A DNA stretch of 47,589 nt, from the IMG/VR virus record IMGVR_UViG_2706794673_000013. One strand, 5' to 3'. This DNA comes from a virus (lineage: Duplodnaviria; Heunggongvirae; Uroviricota; Caudoviricetes). The translations under genes were made by a program, and so were the position numbers. Under the pieces are notes generated by a model. It had not been told where the DNA came from, ran no database searches, and was given only the letters and a program-made list of their open reading frames with translations. Shown here piece by piece: positions 19,636 through 29,215 of this stretch (its first letter is position 1; every line of letters begins with the position of its first letter).

Positions 19636-20132
19636 TGCCTCCATCATTACGAAAAGTCGTTGCTGCTGCTATTGGTGGCGGAGCAATTGCTATAGCATCA
19701 GTGTTAATCACTGGCCCAAGTGGTAACGATGGTCTGGAAGGTGTCAGCTACATACCATACAAAGATATTGTTGGTGTATGGACTGTATGTCACGGGCATA
19801 CAGGAAAAGACATCATGCTCGGTAAAACGTATACCAAAGCAGAATGCAAAACACTCTTGAATAAAGACCTTGCCACTGTCGCCAGACAAATTAACCCGTA
19901 CATCAAAGTCGATATACCGGAAACAACGCGCGGCGCTCTTTACTCATTCGTTTACAACGTGGGTGCTGGCAATTTCAGAACATCGACGCTTCTTCGCAAA
20001 ATAAACCAGGGCGATATCAAAGGCGCATGTGATCAGCTACGTCGCTGGACATATGCTGGCGGTAAGCAATGGAAAGGTCTCATGACTCGTCGTGAGATTG
20101 AGCGTGAAATCTGTTTGTGGGGTCAGCAATGA
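19635..20132 (+). CDS. SAR endolysin (lysozyme, R21-like)
   Basis: 165-aa ORF with N-terminal signal-anchor-release segment ([20 protein letters not shown]) and lysozyme-like core; ATG overlaps holin stop (TAATG). Confidence 0.85.
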   Translation: MPPSLRKVVAAAIGGGAIAIASVLITGPSGNDGLEGVSYIPYKDIVGVWTVCHGHTGKDIMLGKTYTKAECKTLLNKDLATVARQINPYIKVDIPETTRGALYSFVYNVGAGNFRTSTLLRKINQGDIKGACDQLRRWTYAGGKQWKGLMTRREIEREICLWGQQ

Positions 20133-20593
20133 ACAGAGTAACCGCGATTATCTCCGCTCTGGTTATCTGCATCATCGTCTGCCTGTCATGGGCTGTTAAT
20201 CATTACCGTGATAACGCCATTACCTACAAAGCCCAGCGCGACAAAAATGCCAGAGAACTGAAGCTGGCGAACGCGGCAATTACTGACATGCAGATGCGTC
20301 AGCGTGATGTTGCTGCGCTCGATGCAAAATACACGAAGGAGTTAGCTGATGCGAAAGCTGAAAATGATGCTCTGCGTGATGATGTTGCCGCTGGTCGTCG
20401 TCGGTTGCACATCAAAGCAGTCTGTCAGTCAGTGCGTGAAGCCACCACCGCCTCCGGCGTGGATAATGCAGCCTCCCCCCGACTGGCAGACACCGCTGAA
20501 CGGGATTATTTCACCCTCCGGGAACGACTGGTAATGATGCAGGCCCAACTTGAAGGTGCTCAGCAATACATAACCGAGCAGTGTTTAAAGTAA
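20129..20593 (+). CDS. i-spanin (Rz)
   Basis: 154-aa product from ATG overlapping endolysin stop; N-terminal TMD plus coiled-coil periplasmic domain. Confidence 0.8.
   Translation: MNRVTAIISALVICIIVCLSWAVNHYRDNAITYKAQRDKNARELKLANAAITDMQMRQRDVAALDAKYTKELADAKAENDALRDDVAAGRRRLHIKAVCQSVREATTASGVDNAASPRLADTAERDYFTLRERLVMMQAQLEGAQQYITEQCLK
20349..20534 (+). CDS. o-spanin (Rz1), embedded in +1 frame of Rz
   Basis: 61-aa ORF wholly inside Rz in another frame; signal peptide, lipobox (VVGC) and Pro-rich mature part ([15 protein letters not shown]). Confidence 0.7.
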   Translation: MRKLKMMLCVMMLPLVVVGCTSKQSVSQCVKPPPPPAWIMQPPPDWQTPLNGIISPSGNDW

Positions 20594-20730
20594 AATCTTA
20601 ACTACAATATGATTCATTTTGATGATTGTTTCATAAGGAACAGTGAAGTAAGATCTAAGAGGAGTTAAATTTTATACAGTATAATCATAATATTGCAGCA
20701 AGGTGGTTATAATTGAAAGAATATTTAGAT

Positions 20731-22188
20731 ATGAATACATCTCATGTAAGAGTTGTTACTCATATGTGTGGGTTCCTGGTTTGGCTCTATAGTCTTTCAA
20801 TGTTGCCACCAATGGTTGTAGCATTGTTTTATAAAGAAAAAAGCCTGTTCGTTTTCTTTATAACTTTCGTTATATTTTTTTGCATTGGTGGCGGAGCGTG
20901 GTATACAACTAAGAAATCTGGCATTCAATTACGTACCCGTGATGGGTTTATTATAATTGTAATGTTTTGGATTTTGTTTTCTGTTATTAGTGCATTCCCT
21001 TTATGGATTGACTCAGAACTTAATTTAACGTTCATTGATGCTCTGTTTGAAGGGGTTTCTGGAATAACAACAACAGGAGCAACTGTAATTGATGATGTTA
21101 GTTCATTACCTCGGGCATATTTGTACTATCGGTCACAGTTAAATTTTATAGGTGGTTTAGGAGTTATTGTTCTGGCGGTTGCAGTATTGCCATTATTGGG
21201 TATTGGTGGTGCAAAGCTTTATCAGTCAGAAATGCCGGGGCCATTTAAGGATGACAAACTCACTCCCCGCCTGGCCGATACGTCACGGACACTGTGGATA
21301 ACTTATTCTTTATTAGGTATTGCTTGTATTGTCTGTTATAGACTTGCAGGAATGCCTTTGTTTGATGCTATTTGTCACGGGATTTCCACAGTTTCGCTTG
21401 GTGGTTTCTCAACTCATAGCGAGAGTATCGGATATTTTAATAACTATTTGGTTGAGCTGGTGGCTGGTTCTTTTTCCCTGCTATCGGCTTTCAACTTCAC
21501 TCTTTGGTATATTGTTATTAGCAGAAAAACGATAAAACCTTTAATCAGAGATATTGAACTTCGTTTCTTTCTGTTAATAGCCTTAGGGGTGATCATTGTT
21601 ACCTCTTTCCAGGTCTGGCATATAGGTATGTATGACTTGCATGGAAGTTTTATTCATTCGTTTTTTCTTGCCAGCTCCATGCTCACTGATAATGGTTTAG
21701 CTACGCAGGATTATGCAAACTGGCCCACGCACACGATAGTGTTTTTGCTGTTGTCAAGTTTCTTTGGGGGATGTATAGGTTCAACCTGTGGTGGAATTAA
21801 GTCACTTCGATTTCTTATACTTTTCAAACAAAGCAAACACGAGATAAATCAGCTTTCTCATCCCAGAGCGTTGTTGAGTGTAAATGTAGGAGGGAAGATA
21901 GTTACAGATCGTGTAATGAGGTCTGTATGGAGTTTCTTTTTTCTTTATACTCTCTTCACGGTGTTTTTTATACTGGTGTTAAATGGTATGGGATATGATT
22001 TTCTTACATCATTTGCAACAGTGGCTGCATGTATTAATAATATGGGATTAGGTTTTGGGGCTACTGCATCGTCATTCGGAGTGCTTAATGACATTGCAAA
22101 ATATTTAATGTGCATAGCTATGATTCTTGGTCGCCTTGAAATTTATCCTGTTATTATATTGTTTTCAGGTTTTTTTTGGCGCTCCTAA
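20731..22188 (+). CDS. trkG: TrkG potassium uptake protein (Trk system membrane subunit)
   Basis: 485-aa polytopic membrane protein from ATG 20731 (MNTSHVRVVTHMCGFLVWLYSLSML...); recognised Rac TrkG; AT-rich relative to flanks. Confidence 0.9.
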   Translation: MNTSHVRVVTHMCGFLVWLYSLSMLPPMVVALFYKEKSLFVFFITFVIFFCIGGGAWYTTKKSGIQLRTRDGFIIIVMFWILFSVISAFPLWIDSELNLTFIDALFEGVSGITTTGATVIDDVSSLPRAYLYYRSQLNFIGGLGVIVLAVAVLPLLGIGGAKLYQSEMPGPFKDDKLTPRLADTSRTLWITYSLLGIACIVCYRLAGMPLFDAICHGISTVSLGGFSTHSESIGYFNNYLVELVAGSFSLLSAFNFTLWYIVISRKTIKPLIRDIELRFFLLIALGVIIVTSFQVWHIGMYDLHGSFIHSFFLASSMLTDNGLATQDYANWPTHTIVFLLLSSFFGGCIGSTCGGIKSLRFLILFKQSKHEINQLSHPRALLSVNVGGKIVTDRVMRSVWSFFFLYTLFTVFFILVLNGMGYDFLTSFATVAACINNMGLGFGATASSFGVLNDIAKYLMCIAMILGRLEIYPVIILFSGFFWRS

Positions 22189-22325
22189 TATATGGCTGAT
22201 TTATAATTGTGAGTTTAATATTATGTTGACTCACTCATTGATCCAATACCTAACTTTACCAGCAACACCTCCGCCCCCAGTAGCACTGGCTGCTGGGGTG
22301 CGTTTTATTCATAAAGCAAGGCTGT

Positions 22326-23114
22326 ATGAGCGAGAAATTAAAGATAGTCTATCGCCCATTACAAGAATTGTCACCGTATGCGCACAACGCCAGGACGCAC
22401 AGTACTGAGCAGGTGGCACAACTGGTAGAAAGTATTAAGCAATTCGGCTGGACTAATCCGGTGCTGATTGACGAAAAGGGCGAAATTATTGCGGGTCACG
22501 GTCGTGTTATGGCGGCTGAAATGCTCAAAATGGATTCTGTTCCGGTCATTGTTCTGTCTGGCCTGACGGATGAGCAGAAAAAGGCGTACCGCCTGGCAGA
22601 TAATCGCCTGCCGATGAATGCTGGCTGGGATGAAGATCTGTTGCGGATGGAGCTGTCGGACCTAATCAATGCTGATTTTGATGTCTCCCTGACAGGCTTC
22701 ATCCCGGCAGAAATTGATGAACTGTTGACGGATGTTTTGCCCGGTACAGGAAATGAGGAGGAGCCGTATACGACGAAAATTGATACGCCTGTTTATGAGC
22801 CGTCAGGCGGTAAACCGGATATCAGTGAACTGTACGACGATACGAAAACTCAGGAGCTGATCAGCCGGATACGTTCGGCGTCCCTTGATCCTGATATTGA
22901 GAAATTCCTCCTGTGTGCAGCAGAACGTCACACGGTGTTTAATTTCAGCAGAATTGCGGACTATTACGCTCATGCCCCCGCTGAAATTCAGTGCCTTTTC
23001 GAGGAGTCGGCGCTGGTGATCATTGATTATCAGCAGGCTATTGAAAATGGATTTGTCCGAATGACGCAGCGCATGGTGGAGATCATGCATGGCGGGGAGG
23101 AGGAATATGCGTGA
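22326..23114 (+). CDS. ParB-like nuclease domain protein (YnaK-like, full length)
   Basis: 262-aa ORF with ParB/Srx N-terminal signature (KIVYRPLQELSPYAHNARTH...NPVLIDEKGEIIAGHGRVMAA). Confidence 0.7.
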   Translation: MSEKLKIVYRPLQELSPYAHNARTHSTEQVAQLVESIKQFGWTNPVLIDEKGEIIAGHGRVMAAEMLKMDSVPVIVLSGLTDEQKKAYRLADNRLPMNAGWDEDLLRMELSDLINADFDVSLTGFIPAEIDELLTDVLPGTGNEEEPYTTKIDTPVYEPSGGKPDISELYDDTKTQELISRIRSASLDPDIEKFLLCAAERHTVFNFSRIADYYAHAPAEIQCLFEESALVIIDYQQAIENGFVRMTQRMVEIMHGGEEEYA

Positions 23115-24039
23115 TGATTTTTGCGCCTTTATTCTGACTCACGGGCGACCGGACAAAGTTCTGACTTACCGGACGTTGCGTCGTGCTGGCTATACCGGGA
23201 AAATTTTTATCGTTGTTGATGATGAAGATAAGACACGGCATCAGTACATGGCTGAATTTGGTGAACAGGTGCTGGTATTTTCCAAAGCCGATATTGCTAG
23301 TCGTTTTGACGAAGCCGATAATTTTAGTGACCGCCGCTCAATTTTTTACGCCCGTAATGCCTGTTTCGACCAGGCAAAACTGGTCGGGTGTAAATACTTC
23401 ATTCAGCTCGATGATGATTATCACGAGTTCCAGTTTCGGGTGGATCGCAACTATGACCAGGCCTATTTCCCGATAAGGAAACTGGATGAGATCCTTTCTG
23501 AAATGCTTGCGTACTACGAATCAATACCTGCTCTTTCCATCGCTATGTCGCAGGGCGGGGATTTTCTTGGTGACAATGGCGGCCATGCTTCGTGGGTGAA
23601 ACGCAAGGCAATGAACAGCTTTATCTGTTCGGTTGATCGACCGTTCTCATTCATGGGGCGCATTAACGAGGATGTGAATACGTACACGAATCTCGGTCGC
23701 TGTGGTGAATTGTTTATGACGATCGGTGCTGTCCAGTTAGGGCAGAAACAGACGCAGAAAAACAGCGGCGGAATGACCGAGCTGTATCTGGATTCCGGAA
23801 CCTACGTTAAAAGTTTTTACTCCGTCATGTATGCGCCGTCGTGCGTAAAAATCTCACTTATGGGTGCCAGTCATAAACGCATTCACCATCAGGTCACCTG
23901 GAACAACGCTGCAGTAAAAATCCTTCACGAAAAATACAGGAAGAAGACACCCTGCATATCAATGGGGGTGACAAATGATTCCGTATTCGAAAGTCGAGTC
24001 TCTGGCAGCGTGCCGGATGACTGCACAACAAATCGCTGA
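23107..24039 (+). CDS. Hypothetical protein with DxD motifs (possible nucleotide-sugar transferase-like fold)
   Basis: 310-aa product from ATG 23107 (SD GGGGAGGAGG inside end of upstream gene); motifs FIVVDDEDK and FIQLDDDYHEF; family not recognised. Confidence 0.45.
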   Translation: MRDDFCAFILTHGRPDKVLTYRTLRRAGYTGKIFIVVDDEDKTRHQYMAEFGEQVLVFSKADIASRFDEADNFSDRRSIFYARNACFDQAKLVGCKYFIQLDDDYHEFQFRVDRNYDQAYFPIRKLDEILSEMLAYYESIPALSIAMSQGGDFLGDNGGHASWVKRKAMNSFICSVDRPFSFMGRINEDVNTYTNLGRCGELFMTIGAVQLGQKQTQKNSGGMTELYLDSGTYVKSFYSVMYAPSCVKISLMGASHKRIHHQVTWNNAAVKILHEKYRKKTPCISMGVTNDSVFESRVSGSVPDDCTTNR

Positions 24040-24226
24040 CGTTCTGGATGTTGATCTGAACCGACTGAAAGAAAATCGGGAAGCAATGACAGATTTTTAT
24101 GCGGCCATCCGTAAGGGCAGAGCGAAAGGTGAAGCCGAGTTACGAGCGGCATTGTTTAAGCTTGCCAGAAAAGGGGATGCCTTTGCTCTGCGCGAACTAC
24201 TCAGGGTGGATAAAAATCAGGACTAA
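24017..24226 (+). CDS. Small HTH-like protein upstream of terminase
   Basis: About 70 aa from internal ATG (MTAQQIADVLDVDLNRLKEN...); location and size suggest a DNA-binding packaging accessory protein. Confidence 0.4.
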   Translation: MTAQQIADVLDVDLNRLKENREAMTDFYAAIRKGRAKGEAELRAALFKLARKGDAFALRELLRVDKNQD

Positions 24227-24229
24227 CTG

Positions 24230-25324
24230 ATGAGCAGACCGGACTGGGGGGCGTTGCAGCAGGAGTATATTGCTGAATACACCCGCTCCGGTATATCTCC
24301 GGTGGCATGGTGTGAAGCAAGGGGACTGAATTACGCAACAGCCCGTCGTTACATCAAAAAAACTCCGAAAAATGCGCAGACAGAAATGTGCAAAACTGCG
24401 CAAAAAAGTGCGCAGAAAAAATCTGCGCAGACTGCACAAAAGCGGAACGAAAAATCTCAGGAAAAAAAGCCAGTATTCGATGCGGGCCTGAATGAGGGCG
24501 ACGCGGAGGAATTTTCGTTCTGTCCCGATGAATTCGGCATTTCTGACCAGCAGGCTAAGTTTGCGATGCTTGTTGCTCAGGGTAAAAAGCCGACAGAGGC
24601 GTACCGACTAGCCGGTTATGAGGGGCAAGGTGCGACAGCTAACAGCAACGCCAGTCGTATGCTTAGAAATGCCAGGGTTTTTCGCGCTATCAGCTACTTC
24701 CGCAATCAGTACCAGAAACGCTATACCGCAGACCTGGATTTACTAGTGAGTCAGTTGATGGCTATTGTCCTGGCCGACCCCAATCAGCTTGCACAATTTC
24801 GCCGTGTTAACTGCCGTTATTGCTGGGGCGAGAATCATCTCTACCAGTGGCGCGATATAGCAGAATTCGACAAGGCAGCGGCGCAGGCTTCCAGAGATGG
24901 CAAACCCGAACCGGAATATGGAGGCCTCGGCTTTGTTGATAACGCCATACCCAATCCGGACTGCCCGAAGTGCTGCGGTGAGGGAACGGGACAGCTTTAT
25001 ATGGCTGATACCACTCTGCTTGATGGGGATGCGCGGCAATTATATGCAGGGGCAAAATTCGGAAAATTCGGCGTTGAGATCCTGCTGGAGGATAAGGCTG
25101 CCGCCCGGCGTGAATTGTTGCGTTTGTTTTCTGCTGGCGGGGCTTTATGTGCAGATAAGCGGCTACGGGAACTGGAAATTGAACGGCGCAGAATGGAAAA
25201 CCAGAAGCTGCGCAAAGAGATCGAAACGGTGGAAGATAATGAACATCCCCAGCCTGTGGCGATCAATATTAATGTGGTTGATGCCAGAGTAAGGAGTGAT
25301 GAAGATGATCTCTCCGACGCTTAA
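24230..25324 (+). CDS. Putative terminase small subunit / DNA-packaging protein
   Basis: 364-aa ORF immediately upstream of terminase large subunit; N-terminal HTH-like segment, Lys/Ala/Gln-rich repeat region, and Cys pairs (CRYC ... CPKCC). Confidence 0.5.
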   Translation: MSRPDWGALQQEYIAEYTRSGISPVAWCEARGLNYATARRYIKKTPKNAQTEMCKTAQKSAQKKSAQTAQKRNEKSQEKKPVFDAGLNEGDAEEFSFCPDEFGISDQQAKFAMLVAQGKKPTEAYRLAGYEGQGATANSNASRMLRNARVFRAISYFRNQYQKRYTADLDLLVSQLMAIVLADPNQLAQFRRVNCRYCWGENHLYQWRDIAEFDKAAAQASRDGKPEPEYGGLGFVDNAIPNPDCPKCCGEGTGQLYMADTTLLDGDARQLYAGAKFGKFGVEILLEDKAAARRELLRLFSAGGALCADKRLRELEIERRRMENQKLRKEIETVEDNEHPQPVAININVVDARVRSDEDDLSDA

Positions 25325-26606
25325 TGTGCCTCAGGCGCGATTTCTTTCAATGCCCCATAAATTTAAAGCCTATATTGCTGGTTTTGGCTCGGGCAAAACA
25401 TGGGTTGGGTGTGGCGGCATATGCAAGGGGATTTGGGAGCATCCAGGTATAAATCAGGGATATTTTGCGCCAACGTATCCCCAAATTCGCGATATTTTTT
25501 ACCCTACAGTGGAAGAAGTTGCTGCTGACTGGGGATTGAACGTAAAAATTAATGAGGGAAATAAAGAGGTTCACTTTTATTACGGACGCCAGTATCGGGG
25601 AACCACTATCTGCAGATCGATGGAGAAGCCACAAACGATCGTCGGTTTCAAAATTGGTAATGCGTTGGTGGATGAACTGGACATTTTGCCGAAGGAAAAA
25701 GCCAGAACGGCGTGGCGCAAGATAATTGCACGTATGCGTTATAAGATTGATGGACTTCGCAACGGTATTGACGTTACAACCACGCCGGAAGGATTCAAAT
25801 TTGTCTACGAGCAGTTTGTTAAAGCCGTGCGTGAAAAAACAGAGCTGGCCTCACTGTATGGTCTGGTGCAGGCATCTACTTTCGATAATGAAAAGAACCT
25901 GCCAGCAGATTACATTCCTTCGCTTCTTGAATCATACCCTCCAGAGCTGATTAAAGCCTATCTTCGAGGACAGTTTACTAACCTGACAAGTGGTACTGTT
26001 TACCATCAGTTTGACCGGAAACTGAATAATTGCGAAGAAGTGGAGCAGCCAGGGGAGCCGATTTATATTGGGATGGATTTTAACGTTGGAAAGATGGCGG
26101 GAATCGTCCATGTGCTGCGTTTGGGGCTTCCATGTGCGGTAACTGAAATCATCAATGCCTACGATACGCCGGATATGATCCGCATCATTAAAGAACGCTT
26201 CTGGCTGTATGATGGGAATGATTACCGGAAAGTGAGGGAAATTTATATTTATCCAGATGCTTCCGGGGATTCCAGAAAATCAAGTAACGCAAGTACGACG
26301 GATATAGCCCAGCTTAAGCAGGCTGGTTTTAACGTTGTGGTGAACAGCTCGAACCCGCCAGTAAAAGATCGCGTTAACTCAATGAATGCAATGTTCTGCA
26401 ATGCCAATGGTGAGCGTCGCTATAAAGTTAATGTGAAGCGTTGCCCGTTATATGCCGAATCTCTGGAGCAACAGGTCTGGGATGAGAAGGGGGAGCCTGA
26501 TAAAAAATCTGGCAATGATCACCCGAATGATGCCGGAGGTTATTTCATCGTTAAGCAATTCCCTATTGTCAAACCGACCGGAAGAGTCACATCACTTCGG
26601 ATTTAA
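25296..26606 (+). CDS. Terminase large subunit
   Basis: 436-aa ORF with Walker A-like motif (AGFGSGKT) near N-terminus and C-terminal nuclease-like region; followed by portal gene. Confidence 0.85.
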   Translation: MMKMISPTLNVPQARFLSMPHKFKAYIAGFGSGKTWVGCGGICKGIWEHPGINQGYFAPTYPQIRDIFYPTVEEVAADWGLNVKINEGNKEVHFYYGRQYRGTTICRSMEKPQTIVGFKIGNALVDELDILPKEKARTAWRKIIARMRYKIDGLRNGIDVTTTPEGFKFVYEQFVKAVREKTELASLYGLVQASTFDNEKNLPADYIPSLLESYPPELIKAYLRGQFTNLTSGTVYHQFDRKLNNCEEVEQPGEPIYIGMDFNVGKMAGIVHVLRLGLPCAVTEIINAYDTPDMIRIIKERFWLYDGNDYRKVREIYIYPDASGDSRKSSNASTTDIAQLKQAGFNVVVNSSNPPVKDRVNSMNAMFCNANGERRYKVNVKRCPLYAESLEQQVWDEKGEPDKKSGNDHPNDAGGYFIVKQFPIVKPTGRVTSLRI

Positions 26607-26608
26607 TT

Positions 26609-28015
26609 ATGGCTGATATATCAACACCCAACCTCGACTATAACGATATGCTGGAGGCGTGGGATATTAACGACGCACTGATGGGCGGTACGCTTGAAAT
26701 GCGCAGGCAGGGGGAAAATTATCTCCCAAAATGGCCTAACGAAGATGAAGACGCTTATAAAAAACGCCTGTCTGTGGCTACGCTACTTCCTGTGTATGAA
26801 GAAAGCATCAAGCAAAATATTGGGCGCATATTTGCAGAGCCGACAGTATTGAGTGAGGAAACGCCGGCAAAAATCAGGGAATATGCAGAAAATATCGACA
26901 TGGAGGGGAGCCGACTGGATGTGTGGGCGCAGCAATTTTTCAGCCTCGCATTTCAGTATGGTGTGGCACATGCGCTGGTGGACTATCCACGAACGGATAT
27001 GAAAGAGATTCGGACAAAAGCCGATGAAAACGCGACCGGTGGTCGTCCGTACGTTACGATGCTGAATCCACGCCAGGTTATTGGATGGAAATCGAAAGTT
27101 GAAAAAGGGAAAGTTGTTCTCACTGATTTGCGTATAAAAGAGGTCATCATTATTGATGGTGATGATTTCGGGCAGAAGAAGGTGGAGCAGATCCGCCATA
27201 TTATGCCCCGTCGAGTTGAAATTTATCGACGTAGCGAAGGCACTAATGGCGAATCTGTCTGGACGCTTCATGAGTCATGGAATACCAGCCGTGATGATAT
27301 TCCTCTGGTAACACTGTACACGAAGAAAACAGGATTTATGCGTGGTACACCGCCATTGCTTAATCTTGGCTTGCTGAATATCAAGCACTGGCAAAGCCAG
27401 AGCGAGCAGGACAATATTCTTCATGTTGCCCGCGTTCCATTGCTGGTGGCCTACGGGCTGGACAGGAATGAAGAACTGACGGTTGGTGCATCCACCGCTA
27501 CGATTTTTGAGGACAGAACAAAAAATGGCCTCGAATATGTTGAACATAGTGGCGCAGCGATAGAATCTGGCGAAACATCACTTGAGAAGCTGGAAAATCA
27601 GATGCGTCATGCCGGCGCTAAACTTCTGCGTGCTGAAAATACATCCACCAAATCTGTTGATCAGACTAATGAAGAGCGAATGCAGGAAAACTCGCCGCTT
27701 TATACAATGGCGAACTCCCTCGAAGATGCCCTCGATAATATTCTCCAGATAATGGCGGAATGGATCGGAGAGAGTTGCGGTGGCAATGTGGATGTGCGCA
27801 CTGAACTGGATGTATCTGCCCAGGTGTTTGACTCATCCTCCGCGCTGGCTGTTCAGTCATTGCGTCAGGGCGGTGATATACGTCAGATTGATGCGGTTCG
27901 GGTGTTGCAGGCGTTGAAATTTATCGATCAGGATTCCCGTCCAGAGGAAGTGATCGATGAATTAAAAAATCAGAGTGTAATGCTGATGGAAATCAATGAT
28001 GCAAACCGTGAATGA
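26609..28015 (+). CDS. Portal protein
   Basis: 468-aa ORF between terminase and head morphogenesis genes; size and position typical of portal. Confidence 0.75.
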   Translation: MADISTPNLDYNDMLEAWDINDALMGGTLEMRRQGENYLPKWPNEDEDAYKKRLSVATLLPVYEESIKQNIGRIFAEPTVLSEETPAKIREYAENIDMEGSRLDVWAQQFFSLAFQYGVAHALVDYPRTDMKEIRTKADENATGGRPYVTMLNPRQVIGWKSKVEKGKVVLTDLRIKEVIIIDGDDFGQKKVEQIRHIMPRRVEIYRRSEGTNGESVWTLHESWNTSRDDIPLVTLYTKKTGFMRGTPPLLNLGLLNIKHWQSQSEQDNILHVARVPLLVAYGLDRNEELTVGASTATIFEDRTKNGLEYVEHSGAAIESGETSLEKLENQMRHAGAKLLRAENTSTKSVDQTNEERMQENSPLYTMANSLEDALDNILQIMAEWIGESCGGNVDVRTELDVSAQVFDSSSALAVQSLRQGGDIRQIDAVRVLQALKFIDQDSRPEEVIDELKNQSVMLMEINDANRE

Positions 28016-29111
28016 ACGGCTGCGTGATGAATCAATTGCTCATGCAGTCTGGATATCCCGCTATAGCACTGGCGTGGCTGCCAGAATGGTGAAAATACTG
28101 AATGACAGCGATGCGGAACTTACTGCTCGCCTGCTGATAGCACTGGACAGCCTCGATCCAGGTAGTTTTACCGTTAAGCGCCTGGAGTCACTTCTGGCGA
28201 GCGTCAGAGAGGTTAACCGCACTGCTATTAACAGCATGTTTACCAGTCTCTCCGGAGAGCTGAACGAGCTGGCAATTTATGAGGCTGGTTATCAGTTAAG
28301 TCTGTTTGATTCTATGCTACCTGATTTTGTTGCTGATGTTCACCCTCTGGTTGGTATCTCTCCTGATGCACTTTATGCCGCTGCAATGGCGCGACCATTC
28401 CAGGGACGACTGCTCAGTGAGTGGGCCTCAGATCTTGAGGCGGATCGGCTCAGACGCATAACAAATACAGTGCGTCAGGGTTTTTTGCTGGGGGATACCA
28501 ATGAGCAGATCGCAAGAAAAATTCGGGGACATGTCAGTAAGGGATTTCAGGATGGTGCATTGCAGATGAGCCGGGCTAATGCGGCCAGCATTGCAAAAAC
28601 AGCGGTTGGACATCTTGCTGCTACTGCCCGTGAGAGTTTTGCCAGCGCGAATAATGATTTGATTAAGGGTAAGCAATGGTTATCAACGCTTGATAATCGT
28701 ACTACGCCACAATGTCGAATCAGGGATCGCCTCAAATATACGCTGAATAATAAACCTGTAGGTCACAGCGTGCCTTATTTGCAGGGGCCGGGAAAAATTC
28801 ATTTCTGCTGCCGCTCAACGGAAACGTTCATTCTGAAATCAGCGAAGGAACTGGGTATTGATGTTCGCGATATTTCCCCGGCTGAGCGGGCCAGCATGGA
28901 TGGCGTGGTGGCCGGAGATACAACCTACAGGGAATGGTTTTTGCGTCAGCCTTACACCAGACAAAAACAGATTGTGGGGGAAAGCCGAGCAAAGCTGATT
29001 CGGGATGGTGGTATGTCGCCAGATGAATTTTACACCGATAAAGGCGAATGGCTGACGCTGAAGCAGCTCCGTGAGCGTGATGCACAGGTATTCAGAAAAG
29101 CAGGGATTTAA
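27996..29111 (+). CDS. Head morphogenesis protein (Mu F / SPP1 gp7-like)
   Basis: 371-aa ORF following portal; overlaps portal end by 20 nt. Confidence 0.7.
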   Translation: MMQTVNERLRDESIAHAVWISRYSTGVAARMVKILNDSDAELTARLLIALDSLDPGSFTVKRLESLLASVREVNRTAINSMFTSLSGELNELAIYEAGYQLSLFDSMLPDFVADVHPLVGISPDALYAAAMARPFQGRLLSEWASDLEADRLRRITNTVRQGFLLGDTNEQIARKIRGHVSKGFQDGALQMSRANAASIAKTAVGHLAATARESFASANNDLIKGKQWLSTLDNRTTPQCRIRDRLKYTLNNKPVGHSVPYLQGPGKIHFCCRSTETFILKSAKELGIDVRDISPAERASMDGVVAGDTTYREWFLRQPYTRQKQIVGESRAKLIRDGGMSPDEFYTDKGEWLTLKQLRERDAQVFRKAGI

Positions 29112-29130
29112 ATAAATCATTTATTACAAC

Positions 29131-29156
29131 AGGCTACCTTCGGGTGGCCTTTTTTA
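29131..29156 (+). terminator. Intrinsic terminator with UUCG tetraloop
   Basis: Stem AGGCTACC / GGTGGCCT (one G-U pair), loop TTCG, followed by TTTTT. Confidence 0.6.
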
Positions 29157-29215
29157 TTGCTGCGATCCGGATGGTGAGCAGCGTAACTGTCGGAAGACTT
29201 AAACCAGGTACTAAT

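Noticed and set aside
22127-22408. 93-codon plus-strand ORF bridging the end of trkG and the start of the ParB-like gene
   Set aside because: Overlaps two much better supported genes in other frames, hydrophobic/proline-rich and without RBS; likely spurious.
24383-24440. Short direct repeats (GCGCAGA/AAAA-type) in the putative small terminase gene as a repeat or CRISPR-like element
   Set aside because: They encode a low-complexity Lys/Ala/Gln-rich protein segment (KTAQKSAQKKSAQTAQK) in frame; not a spacer-repeat array.
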